This document shows positions 1-8,428 of a stretch of 64,000 nt of DNA, piece by piece (position 1 is the stretch's first letter; every line of letters starts with the position of its first letter). Source of the stretch: Alphaproteobacteria bacterium UBA828 (GTDB lineage Bacteria > Pseudomonadota > Alphaproteobacteria > UBA828); NCBI GenBank assembly GCA_002296185.1, contig DBHM01000013.1, forward strand, positions 5,273 through 69,272. The letters are read 5' to 3'. The notes under the pieces were generated by a model. That model was not told where the DNA came from. It searched no databases and saw only the letters and a program-made list of their open reading frames with translations. The position numbers were made by a program, and so were the translations under genes.

Positions 1-1
1 T

Positions 2-781
2 GACCGGTCTATCTTCAGGCTAGAAGATCATTTAGATCGTTTTGAAAACTCTTGCAAAGTTATGCAAATTACTCCTCCTTACACACGAAGTGAAATATCA
101 ACTATAGTTGCAAATTGTATTGATAGAACAGGTCTTGACGATACCTGCACTACCATTATGGGCACTCGCGGTCCCTATAAAGATATTTCCAGTAGGGATC
201 CAAGAAATTGTTCTAACGGACTTATTGTACTTTCAGTCCCTTACTATTATGTTATCCCAAAAGAAAGAGCTAAAAATGGAATAAATCTTAGCATAGTCGA
301 AAATAAGAGAGTTCCAGCAGAATCAGTAGACGCACGCGTTAAAAACTTCAACTGGATGGATCTAACACGAGGACTATTAGAATCTTACGATAAAGGTGGT
401 GATAGTGCTCTCCTGTGCACACCAGATGGTAAATTATCAGAAGGACCAGGCTTCAACGTATGGCTTGCAAAAAATGGAACTCTCAAAACACCCAAAGGGA
501 ATCTCCTAGAAGGAATTACACGGCGGACAGTTTTTGAGCTTGCAGCAGAGATTGGTATTAAGACTATAGAAACAGATATATACCCTGATGAACTTAGAGA
601 AGCTGATGAAGCCTTCACAACTACCACAGCTGGGGCACTTGCGTCTGTAGTTGAAATTGACAGTAAACCTCTTGGAAATGGAGCTCCAGGATTATTAACA
701 TCTCAACTCAGTGAATTATATTGGAAAAAAAGGAAAGATGGATGGTATGGAACTCATGTTGATGATTTATTAGAACAGTAA
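2..781 (+). CDS. Fold-type IV PLP aminotransferase (branched-chain/D-amino-acid aminotransferase family), 5' end cut by window edge
   Basis: The frame is open from base 2: DRSIFRLEDHLDRFENSCKV precedes the listed Met at 62, so that Met is probably internal. The LSEGPGFNVW...LLEGITRRTV block is typical of class IV aminotransferases. Confidence 0.8.
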   Translation, partial: DRSIFRLEDHLDRFENSCKVMQITPPYTRSEISTIVANCIDRTGLDDTCTTIMGTRGPYKDISSRDPRNCSNGLIVLSVPYYYVIPKERAKNGINLSIVENKRVPAESVDARVKNFNWMDLTRGLLESYDKGGDSALLCTPDGKLSEGPGFNVWLAKNGTLKTPKGNLLEGITRRTVFELAAEIGIKTIETDIYPDELREADEAFTTTTAGALASVVEIDSKPLGNGAPGLLTSQLSELYWKKRKDGWYGTHVDDLLEQ

Positions 782-785
782 AATA

Positions 786-1307
786 TTATATTTTACCAGT
801 CCCTCTAATAGGGTAATCGTTATCAATTATCCATTTTAGACTATTAGGTAGGTCTGTAAGGTCAGTGCGTGCCACAGGTGAGTTAGATATATCTATAATC
901 TGAATTAGTCCATCAGGCCTAATAACAAATAAAGCAGGCTCAGGAAACTTCGTATCTGTTTCTTCAGGTGACCTAGGATCTGAAATATAAAGTCCTAAAA
1001 TATCCATTTCATGGGGTTTTAGGTTATAGCCTACATCAAAGCCCCATGAAAATTCCCTCATATCTGCATCTGCCTTTTCTTCACTATCAGAGGATATGGC
1101 TATTATCTTAATACCTAATTTATCAAAATCATGACGTAAATCTTCAACCTTGTTGAGGTATAACTTGCATAATGGACAATGCCTACCTCTATATACAACT
1201 ATAAGCTGCCATTTACCTTCACCACCAATCTTTAAGCTACCCCCACCTACTCTTGGTAAAGTAATTTCAGGGAATGACGATCCAGATATTAGCTTTTGGT
1301 TTATCAA
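786..1307 (-). CDS. Peroxiredoxin-like / redoxin (thioredoxin-fold) protein
   Basis: 173-aa ORF with VVYRGRHCPLCKLYL, a Cys-containing motif after a beta-strand as in the AhpC/TSA-redoxin fold. It converges on the aminotransferase with a 4-nt gap. Confidence 0.65.
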   Translation of the reverse strand: MINQKLISGSSFPEITLPRVGGGSLKIGGEGKWQLIVVYRGRHCPLCKLYLNKVEDLRHDFDKLGIKIIAISSDSEEKADADMREFSWGFDVGYNLKPHEMDILGLYISDPRSPEETDTKFPEPALFVIRPDGLIQIIDISNSPVARTDLTDLPNSLKWIIDNDYPIRGTGKI

Positions 1308-1421
1308 TTTATTTTATCCATAAATTCACTATCTCCAAATTCACACTTATCATAAGATAAAAGAGAAGGTTTATAACCAGATATAAATAAAAACACAATT
1401 AATGTCTATGAGGTATTAAAA

Positions 1422-1820
1422 ATGTCAAATGAAATATTTGAAAAAGGTTTGAAAATCCGCACTGAAGTTCTTGGTAAAGAGTATGTTGATAAAGCAATTA
1501 ATTCAGCTAATGATTTTAATAGAGATTTCCAAGAATTTATGACTGAATATTGCTGGGGGGCTGTATGGGGGCGTGAAGGTTTAAGTAGAAAACAACGTAG
1601 TCTTAACAACTTATGCATGCTTGCTGCCCTTAATAGATCAGCGGAATTTGAAATGCACTTTAGAGGCGCATTAAGAAATGGATGCTCTATAGAAGAAATA
1701 AAAGAAACACTTTTGCAAATTGGAATATATTGTGGTGTCCCAGCAGCAGTAGAAGCATTTAGAATTGGAAAAAGGGTTCTGGATGAAATAGAATATTCAG
1801 AGAAAAATCAGGAGTCATGA
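1422..1820 (+). CDS. Carboxymuconolactone decarboxylase family protein (PcaC-like)
   Basis: 132 aa. The block EFMTEYCWGAVWGREGLSRKQRSLNNLCMLAAL...EEIKETLLQIGIYCGVPAA matches the gamma-carboxymuconolactone decarboxylase pattern. GAGGT RBS lies upstream. Confidence 0.8.
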   Translation: MSNEIFEKGLKIRTEVLGKEYVDKAINSANDFNRDFQEFMTEYCWGAVWGREGLSRKQRSLNNLCMLAALNRSAEFEMHFRGALRNGCSIEEIKETLLQIGIYCGVPAAVEAFRIGKRVLDEIEYSEKNQES

Positions 1821-2695
1821 ATATGACTGAAAAAATAATAGGATTTATTGGTCTTGGGAATATGGGCGCACCAATGGCAAGTAATTTATCTAAAAATTCA
1901 CACTCTCTTATTTGTTATGACACCATAGATACGAATAAGAAATCCCCTTCAAATGCAATAATTGCAGATTCCATTGAGCAAGTTGTAAAATCTGCAAGTA
2001 TAGTTTTTCTATGTCTACCAGATGGTTCGGTAGTACTAGATGTAGTTGATAGAATCCTTAGCGTCCCCGACAGATGTGTTGAGATAGTTGTTGATAACAC
2101 CACTGCTGGTGTCTCAGAAGCAAAAGAGGCATGGGAAAGGCTTAATAAAGAAAATATTAAGTATGCTGATGCACCTGTCTCTGGAGGAGTATCAGGTGCA
2201 AAAGCTGGTACTTTAGCAATGATGGTAGCAGCATCACAGGAACTATATACTGAGATTGAGCCCCTATTACTCTCAATGGCAAAAAATGCAAGAAATGTTG
2301 GAGATCAGCCCGGTCAAGGAATGGCTATGAAACTTTTAAACAATTTTTTATCTGGAATGGCTATGGCTGCAAGTAGTGAAGCTGTTGCATTTGGAGTAGC
2401 ACAAGGATTAAAACCCGAAAAAGTTATTGAAATGGTAAACTTATCTACGGGAAGAAATACAACAACTGAAGATAAATTTCCAAAGAGAATATTAACCGAA
2501 ACTTTTGATTCCGGTTTTGCAACAAATCTTATGGCAAAAGATTTAAAGCTATATGTAAAAAGTGCCAAGGATTCTTCTGCCCCTAGTTTTCTTAGTGAAA
2601 AATTACTTAGTGGTGTATGGTCAAAAATGTTAGATAAATGGCCTGACTCTGATTTTACAAAAATATACCCATTTATAAAAAAATATGGGAAATAG
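1817..2695 (+). CDS. NAD(P)-dependent beta-hydroxyacid dehydrogenase (3-hydroxyisobutyrate/6-phosphogluconate dehydrogenase-like)
   Basis: N-terminal Rossmann motif IGFIGLGNMGAPMASNL. ATGA overlap with the upstream stop (1817-1820) and an AGGAG RBS. Confidence 0.8.
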   Translation: MNMTEKIIGFIGLGNMGAPMASNLSKNSHSLICYDTIDTNKKSPSNAIIADSIEQVVKSASIVFLCLPDGSVVLDVVDRILSVPDRCVEIVVDNTTAGVSEAKEAWERLNKENIKYADAPVSGGVSGAKAGTLAMMVAASQELYTEIEPLLLSMAKNARNVGDQPGQGMAMKLLNNFLSGMAMAASSEAVAFGVAQGLKPEKVIEMVNLSTGRNTTTEDKFPKRILTETFDSGFATNLMAKDLKLYVKSAKDSSAPSFLSEKLLSGVWSKMLDKWPDSDFTKIYPFIKKYGK

Positions 2696-3035
2696 GATAT
2701 TTTTGAAAAAATCTATGTGTGATTTATTTATAGATAATAAAAAAAATACTTCTCCAAGGTATTTTGTAACCCAATCTCATATTGGTGACTATATTAATTG
2801 GAGAGTAGTTAAAGAAGATTATAACTCCAGAGGAATGAAAGTATTTTCTTTTGTCTGTGGTTATCCCACACAACGCGCAGCCGTGTCTATAGCACATAAA
2901 TTGTGCTTCTATCGTAAGTGATCAAAGTATTTCGAGAAGAATTAGATTAGAAGAAATCATCTAAGGTTAAAAAATAATAGGTAATACAATAACTATTAGA
3001 TTGTTAGCTAAAATTTATTAATAATTTTAGTGTAG

Positions 3036-3668
3036 CTACTTATTTAATTTTCTATATTCTTCAAGATAATTTATTACATCATCAGACTTTACTATATCTG
3101 CATATCGCCGCCCAATATCTCTTAAATTATCGTTATGTGGTCGTTCGTCTGCATCACCTACACAATCTTCAGGAACTATAGTTTTATAGCCATTTGAAAA
3201 AGAATCTATTACCGAAGCTCTTATACAGCCACTAGTCATACAACCCATTACAATGACGGTATCACAACCGTTCTTCGTAAACAAAGTAGTAGCTGGAGTA
3301 TTAAAGAAGATGGAAGGCGCACTTTTACAAAAAATAAAATCATAGTTTTTATCAGAAGTTCTCGGTTCCATTTGGGTGCATTCATGTCCATAGTAAAAGT
3401 CATCTCTTACAGGACCAATCTTCCAATAAGGCATATCTTTAAGAGAATGATAAGCAGTATAACAATTAGCTACAGGCACATTAGCTTTTCTTGCCGACTC
3501 AAGAACCCTTGCTGTATTACATATTGCTCTCTCAACTAGAGCAGAAGAGAAAGGACCATTAGGATCTGTAAATCCTATTTGAAAATCAACAACAGCGATA
3601 CCAGGTTTTTCACCAAACCCTATTGTATGTGCATCATATCCAATATTTGAATACAAAGTATCAGTCAT
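3036..3668 (-). CDS. Isochorismatase-family cysteine hydrolase (paralogue 1)
   Basis: 210 aa. IAVVDFQ near the N-terminus and VIVMGCMTSGCIRASVIDS (catalytic Cys region) are typical of isochorismatase-like / N-carbamoylsarcosine amidase-like hydrolases. Confidence 0.8.
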   Translation of the reverse strand: MTDTLYSNIGYDAHTIGFGEKPGIAVVDFQIGFTDPNGPFSSALVERAICNTARVLESARKANVPVANCYTAYHSLKDMPYWKIGPVRDDFYYGHECTQMEPRTSDKNYDFIFCKSAPSIFFNTPATTLFTKNGCDTVIVMGCMTSGCIRASVIDSFSNGYKTIVPEDCVGDADERPHNDNLRDIGRRYADIVKSDDVINYLEEYRKLNK

Positions 3669-3810
3669 AAACCCTCCTATATGAATATAAAATATTATAA
3701 ATAAAATTCTATTATAATAATCATGATCTTAGTTCATTGACGCTATCTTATATTAACCGTAAGTTGTTATAGCAACTTTTGGAAGTATAAATTTTAATAG
3801 GAGCTATTAA

Positions 3811-5010
3811 ATGAGGCCACTTTCAGATCTGATAGTTTTAGACCTGACTCATATGCTCTCAGGTCCATTTGCTGGAATGGTTCTAGCTGACCTTGGCGCA
3901 AGGACAATCAAGATTGAGCCCCCAGAAAAAGGTGAGATGACCCGTGGATTATTAGCAAAAGATACTGCAAATTCTCTAAATGGTATGGGTGCTTATTTTT
4001 TAACACTTAATCGAAATAAAGAAAGCGTTTGTATAGATCTAAAAAACAATGAAGGAAAAAACCTTTTTTATGATCTTGCGCGTAAAGCAGATATTATAAT
4101 ATCTAATTTTTCACCAGGCGTTACTAAAAGGCTAGGAATTCATTTTGATGACCTAAAGTTAATCAATCCAAAGATAATCACATGCACTGTAACTGGTTTT
4201 GGGGAAGACGGACCAGCCTTTAATAGACCTGCATTTGACCAAGTAGCACAAGGTTATGGAGGCGGCATGTCAATTACAGGTCATCCAGACTCACCCCCCA
4301 CAAGAGCAGGAATACCTATAGGAGATCTAGGTGGAGGTATGTTTGCTGCAATAGGAATACTAAGTGCGGTCAATGCACGAGCATTAACAGGTAAAGGCCA
4401 ACATGTTGATATTTCAATGCAAGACTGTCAATTATCACTACTTAACTATATGGCAACTATGTATTTTCTATCTGGTGAAATACCAGGTCCGATAGGAAAT
4501 TCTCATTTTGTTCACGTTCCTTATAATACCTTTCCTACACGAGATCGATGGTTAATTATTGCTGTAATAACTGATGATGCATGGTCTCGTTTTTTAGATG
4601 TAGTAGATATTAATGCCCTACGAAACGATTTATACGAGACTCAACCAGGTAGATTAAAAGCTAAAAAAGATATTGAGAATGAGCTAATTACCAAATTAAA
4701 AACACAAAAATGTGATTATTGGTTAACAAAACTTACAGAAGCTCGTATTCCCTGTGCTCCTGTTAATGATTTTGAACATGCATTAAACGATGAGCAGGCC
4801 CTTTCTAGAAACATGGTGGTAGATGTTGCCCACCCTGTTGAGGGCTCAGTTAAAATGCCAGGAAATCCAATTAAATTAAGTGATACAACTTCTGAAAACT
4901 TTTCTTCACCGCCACTTTTAGGTCAACAAACAAACGAAGTGCTTACAAACTTATTAAATTTAAGCCAGGACCAAATTAAAATCCTCAAAGAAAAAAATAT
5001 TATAAACTAA
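3811..5010 (+). CDS. CaiB/BaiF family (class III) CoA-transferase (paralogue 1)
   Basis: 399 aa. LSDLIVLDLTHMLSGPFAGMVLADLGARTIKIEPP is the canonical N-terminus of family III CoA-transferases. RBS TAGGAG. Confidence 0.85.
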   Translation: MRPLSDLIVLDLTHMLSGPFAGMVLADLGARTIKIEPPEKGEMTRGLLAKDTANSLNGMGAYFLTLNRNKESVCIDLKNNEGKNLFYDLARKADIIISNFSPGVTKRLGIHFDDLKLINPKIITCTVTGFGEDGPAFNRPAFDQVAQGYGGGMSITGHPDSPPTRAGIPIGDLGGGMFAAIGILSAVNARALTGKGQHVDISMQDCQLSLLNYMATMYFLSGEIPGPIGNSHFVHVPYNTFPTRDRWLIIAVITDDAWSRFLDVVDINALRNDLYETQPGRLKAKKDIENELITKLKTQKCDYWLTKLTEARIPCAPVNDFEHALNDEQALSRNMVVDVAHPVEGSVKMPGNPIKLSDTTSENFSSPPLLGQQTNEVLTNLLNLSQDQIKILKEKNIIN

Positions 5011-5032
5011 ATAAACCAACTTGGAGAGATAT

Positions 5033-5935
5033 ATGATGGAAAAAGTTATTGTTCATGAAGTTGGACTAAGAGATGGACTGCAAAATCAATCCAAACACGT
5101 ACATACTGATTCTAAGTTGGAAATTCTTTCAGCCTTAATTGCTTCGGGCATAAAATCTATTGAAGTAACAAGTTTTGTATCTCCTAAAGCTGTACCACAA
5201 ATGTCTGATGCTAAAGAATTATATCAGTCTCTACCAAAAAAACCCGGCCTTCATTTTGAAGCTCTTGTACCAAATTTGAAAGGATATGAACGCGCCACTG
5301 AAAGTGGAGCAAAAACTATTGCTTTAGTTCTCGCCTCTACAGATACAATGAATCGTAAAAACATTAATATGTCTTTAGACGAAGCTCTAAAAGTAAATCT
5401 TGATGTAATACGACGCGCTAATAACGAAGGAATTAGAGCACGTTGTTATATTTCAACCGCCCTTCATTGCCCATTTGAAAATTATGTCAATCCTATAGAG
5501 GTTTTGAAAATTGCTGATAAATTAGATACTGCTGGAGCTGATGAATTAGTTATTGCCGATACTACTGGTGGAGGTAACCCCCAACAGGTTGATGAATTAT
5601 TTAAAGCTCTTGTTATTTCTCATGAACCAAAAAAACTTGCTGGTCATTTTCATGATACACGAGGAATGGGCTTACTATTAGCCTGGGTTGCGCTTCAACA
5701 TGGAGTAAGGAAGTTTGATAGCTCTATAGGTGGATTAGGCGGATGTCCATTTGCTCCTGGCGCTACTGGGAATCTAGCTACAGAAGACCTTGTTTTTATG
5801 CTTAATCAAAGCGGATATGAAACAGGTATAGATATTGTTAAAGTTAGAAACGCAGTCAAAGTCGCACAAGGTTATGTTGATCAAAAACTTGGCGGTAATA
5901 TTGTTGGGTGGTTAGATACTCAAAAAAGTTTATGA
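5033..5935 (+). CDS. Hydroxymethylglutaryl-CoA lyase-like (DRE-TIM metallolyase) protein
   Basis: VIVHEVGLRDGLQN...HFHDTRGMGLL...GGLGGCPFAPGATGN motifs of the HMGL family. I moved the start from the TTG at 5021 to the ATG at 5033, behind a GGAGAG RBS; 5036 is also possible. Confidence 0.8.
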   Translation: MMEKVIVHEVGLRDGLQNQSKHVHTDSKLEILSALIASGIKSIEVTSFVSPKAVPQMSDAKELYQSLPKKPGLHFEALVPNLKGYERATESGAKTIALVLASTDTMNRKNINMSLDEALKVNLDVIRRANNEGIRARCYISTALHCPFENYVNPIEVLKIADKLDTAGADELVIADTTGGGNPQQVDELFKALVISHEPKKLAGHFHDTRGMGLLLAWVALQHGVRKFDSSIGGLGGCPFAPGATGNLATEDLVFMLNQSGYETGIDIVKVRNAVKVAQGYVDQKLGGNIVGWLDTQKSL

Positions 5936-5943
5936 ATAGTTAA

Positions 5944-5961
5944 ATACATATATATATGTAT
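5944..5961. terminator. 18-bp perfect AT-rich palindrome between convergent genes (possible bidirectional terminator)
   Basis: ATACATATATATATGTAT is its own reverse complement. It lies between the stop at 5935 (+) and the stop at 5969 (-). Weak AT-only stem. Confidence 0.3.
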
Positions 5962-5968
5962 AAAAATA

Positions 5969-6676
5969 CTATTTTAAGGCTGCTCGCTCTTCTGCAGTAC
6001 CAATTTCTATCAGGTCAATTGAGAAATTTAACTTAAACAGTCGGCAGATTTCTTCATAACAAACACCCACTCTAATTGTCTTAAAATCACGTAAGTCAAT
6101 TATACTGCTAGAACGACCTTGGACATTATGATATTTTGAAATACCATAGTCTATTTCAATATCAGCAGCTTTTCTGACTGGCTCTTCAATATCTTCGAGT
6201 TTATACTTACTTCCTTGTAATGAAGTATTTGCCGATGAACCAAAAACTGGCGTATTACGTTCTAGACTTTGTTTTGTCATTTCATTGTGAAGATCACCAG
6301 CATTCATTAACATATCTATTGTGCCTGACTTAGATGAGTTTTTTAGGACAAAAGAATCAACTTCTTTAAATATAGGATGCTCATGAAGAAATGGAGCTAC
6401 GCTGGACATGGGGAGATTATTATCAATAGTTATGCACTTAACTATATCTCTTTCTCTTTGACCAACAATCTGTATCTCATTAAAAAGATCCCAGTTACTA
6501 AACATACCACTTGGTTTTTCAAAAGAACGGTTTTTTGCGGAAAAAATTCGTTTTATTGCAGATTCAGAATTACCAATAACAGCGTATGCTACATCAAGCG
6601 GTATTATTCCAACACCACCAGAATTAATAGTATCTAAAACTCGACTAGCATCCTTTACAATATTTAAATCATCCAT
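5969..6676 (-). CDS. YrdC/Sua5/YciO-domain protein
   Basis: 235 aa. GGVGIIPLDVAYAVIGNSESAIKRIFSAKNRSFEKP, FGSSANTS and SSSIIDL line up with the conserved blocks of the YrdC-like fold. It lies 25 nt downstream of the PrpD-like gene. Confidence 0.6.
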   Translation of the reverse strand: MDDLNIVKDASRVLDTINSGGVGIIPLDVAYAVIGNSESAIKRIFSAKNRSFEKPSGMFSNWDLFNEIQIVGQRERDIVKCITIDNNLPMSSVAPFLHEHPIFKEVDSFVLKNSSKSGTIDMLMNAGDLHNEMTKQSLERNTPVFGSSANTSLQGSKYKLEDIEEPVRKAADIEIDYGISKYHNVQGRSSSIIDLRDFKTIRVGVCYEEICRLFKLNFSIDLIEIGTAEERAALK

Positions 6677-6701
6677 TATTTAAACCTTCATCAATAAAAA
6701 A

Positions 6702-8111
6702 TTAATTAATTTCTTCAGTAAAACAATTTGCAAATTCTAGCACTGGACTATGTTGATTGCTAAAGAAATGTTTTAAATAGTGAGATATTTTTTCAGCTGT
6801 CAATTGTGTATCTAATGGAGTTATAAGAGAACCTAGCTTCTGAATAATTGCAGACTCTGGCATTGGATTTGAAGGTGTGCCAAAACTATCCAAAACTTCA
6901 ACCCTTCTTGTACTATTACCAATAGAATCTAACTCAACCCAGCTTCCAAAATGTTCCGGAAAGGCCTCATCTAAAGACTTGTCATTGTAGGCATGAACCT
7001 TGTCAGCAATCTTTAAAATATTATTATTACCCAAGTTACAACTCTCATATGCTGAATATTCTGTAGGACCGTAAATAATGCTAGCTCCCATTGTATAAGG
7101 TAGACTATATTGTGCAGCCATAACAGAATTTGGCCTCCTCATCATATGCTGAGATACCATTATAGAAGGCCCACCAACCCTTATCTCTTTTATTTCTGAG
7201 GGATTAATACTGAAATCATCAGTAACTTCACGGAGTGCATCTATAGTGGAATGAAATAGACGACAGCAAGGATAGGGCTTCATGCTAATTTTATGAATTT
7301 CGAGTTCATCATCAGAATTTTTTGTGAGTGCTTCTAATAACGGTTCAAAACCAAAGATATTGCATAATCCATAACGACCATCAAATGCTTGACTAGGGCC
7401 ATCAATACCTAAACTGGCAAACTCAGCTGCAAGAATTCCATTATGGGCACCATAACCTGCGTGAAGACGCTTTACAGTTGTGCCTAAGGGGTCTTCAGAA
7501 AACTGCATAGACCCACCAGCCATTGAAAGCATCAAACCCCAGGCTCGAGTTAATTTTTCGGCATTTAAATTTAAGAGTAAACCTGCAGTTGATGTTGCTG
7601 CAAAGCCTCCAAATAAAGCAGTTGGATGAAAACCATGTTCTATAATTTTGTCGGCTCTAGTTGCCCTTCCAATACGTCCTATTGTTTCATAACCTAGAGC
7701 TATAGCATTTGCTATACTTCTACTACTAGATCCAGTAGTAGAACCAACGGCAAATGCAACTGATATTACAACAGCTCCAGGATGTGATACTGAGGTATCG
7801 TGAGTATCGTCAAGTTCCATTCCATGGGCTGCTGTGGCATTAATTAAAGCTGCTATAGATGGTACAGTGCTATATCCACCACCAAATACAGGGGAAATTC
7901 CAGATCCTTTTGTCCTGCTCCCCCATTCCTTTAACGATTTACTCCATGGCATGGTACCACCCCTGAGACAAACACCAAGATAGTCAAGTACAAGATGCTC
8001 TACCTGTATTATATCATTTTCAGATAAACCATTTTTGCTAACATTAATTAGATCATTAGCTAAGTGTAGGGTAAGGTCTTTATTATTTTTCTTTATTAAG
8101 TCATTATTCAT
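6702..8111 (-). CDS. MmgE/PrpD family protein (paralogue 1)
   Basis: 469 aa. LDYLGVCLRG...ELDDTHD...HPGAVVI...GFHPTALFG blocks are typical of the 2-methylcitrate dehydratase-like family. Confidence 0.85.
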   Translation of the reverse strand: MNNDLIKKNNKDLTLHLANDLINVSKNGLSENDIIQVEHLVLDYLGVCLRGGTMPWSKSLKEWGSRTKGSGISPVFGGGYSTVPSIAALINATAAHGMELDDTHDTSVSHPGAVVISVAFAVGSTTGSSSRSIANAIALGYETIGRIGRATRADKIIEHGFHPTALFGGFAATSTAGLLLNLNAEKLTRAWGLMLSMAGGSMQFSEDPLGTTVKRLHAGYGAHNGILAAEFASLGIDGPSQAFDGRYGLCNIFGFEPLLEALTKNSDDELEIHKISMKPYPCCRLFHSTIDALREVTDDFSINPSEIKEIRVGGPSIMVSQHMMRRPNSVMAAQYSLPYTMGASIIYGPTEYSAYESCNLGNNNILKIADKVHAYNDKSLDEAFPEHFGSWVELDSIGNSTRRVEVLDSFGTPSNPMPESAIIQKLGSLITPLDTQLTAEKISHYLKHFFSNQHSPVLEFANCFTEEIN

Positions 8112-8222
8112 TATTGCTGACCAGTTAATGTTTATAATTTTTGATACATATTAATATGGCATGGCTCTTGCAGTTATGTATATAGTAATAGTTACTTAGC
8201 GAGTGATTAGAGGAAACAGAAA

Positions 8223-8426
8223 ATGAGCAAAATAAAAACAGATACTGTTAAATCTATAACTAGAGATTTTATTGGAAGAGATTTAGATCCAGGCCGGGAG
8301 CATCAGCTTTCTGAGAATTTATCCTTACTTATTAAATCTATAGATAAAGCTACAGAAAGATTACCGTTCGAATCAGAACCTATTGGTTTTACCTCGATCC
8401 TAGAGAAATATGCAGAGGAAAAATAA
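8223..8426 (+). CDS. Small GatC/AtzG-like protein, putative partner subunit of the downstream amidase
   Basis: 67 aa. The stop lies 2 nt before the amidase ATG. The pattern LDPGREHQLSENLSLLIKSIDKATERLPFESEP resembles the GatC/AtzG helical-hairpin subunits. Judged by eye only. Confidence 0.5.
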   Translation: MSKIKTDTVKSITRDFIGRDLDPGREHQLSENLSLLIKSIDKATERLPFESEPIGFTSILEKYAEEK

Positions 8427-8428
8427 CT

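Noticed and set aside
385-627. Antisense ORFs of 60-108 aa nested inside long family-assignable genes (e.g. 385-627, 12180-12449, 13393-13605, 17745-18071, 34934-35215, 36885-37160, 40645-40923, 44660-44917)
   Set aside because: They lie entirely within, and opposite to, ORFs with clear conserved motifs. They have S/P/R/T-rich or low-complexity translations and lack RBSs. These are typical shadow ORFs.
786-1820. Divergent peroxiredoxin-like and CMD-family genes as an AhpC/AhpD redox pair
   Set aside because: The CMD protein matches the PcaC-type decarboxylase pattern and lacks the CxxC motif expected for AhpD-type reductases. A functional pairing is therefore not supported.
2685-2921. 78-aa ORF (MGNRIFLKKSMCDLF...) in the 340-nt gap between two convergent genes
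   Set aside because: It overlaps the upstream stop, has no RBS, and has K/N/F-rich low-information composition with no recognisable motif. I cannot support it as a gene. The region 2696-3035 remains unexplained non-coding sequence, with only a weak AGCAC/GTGCT hairpin.
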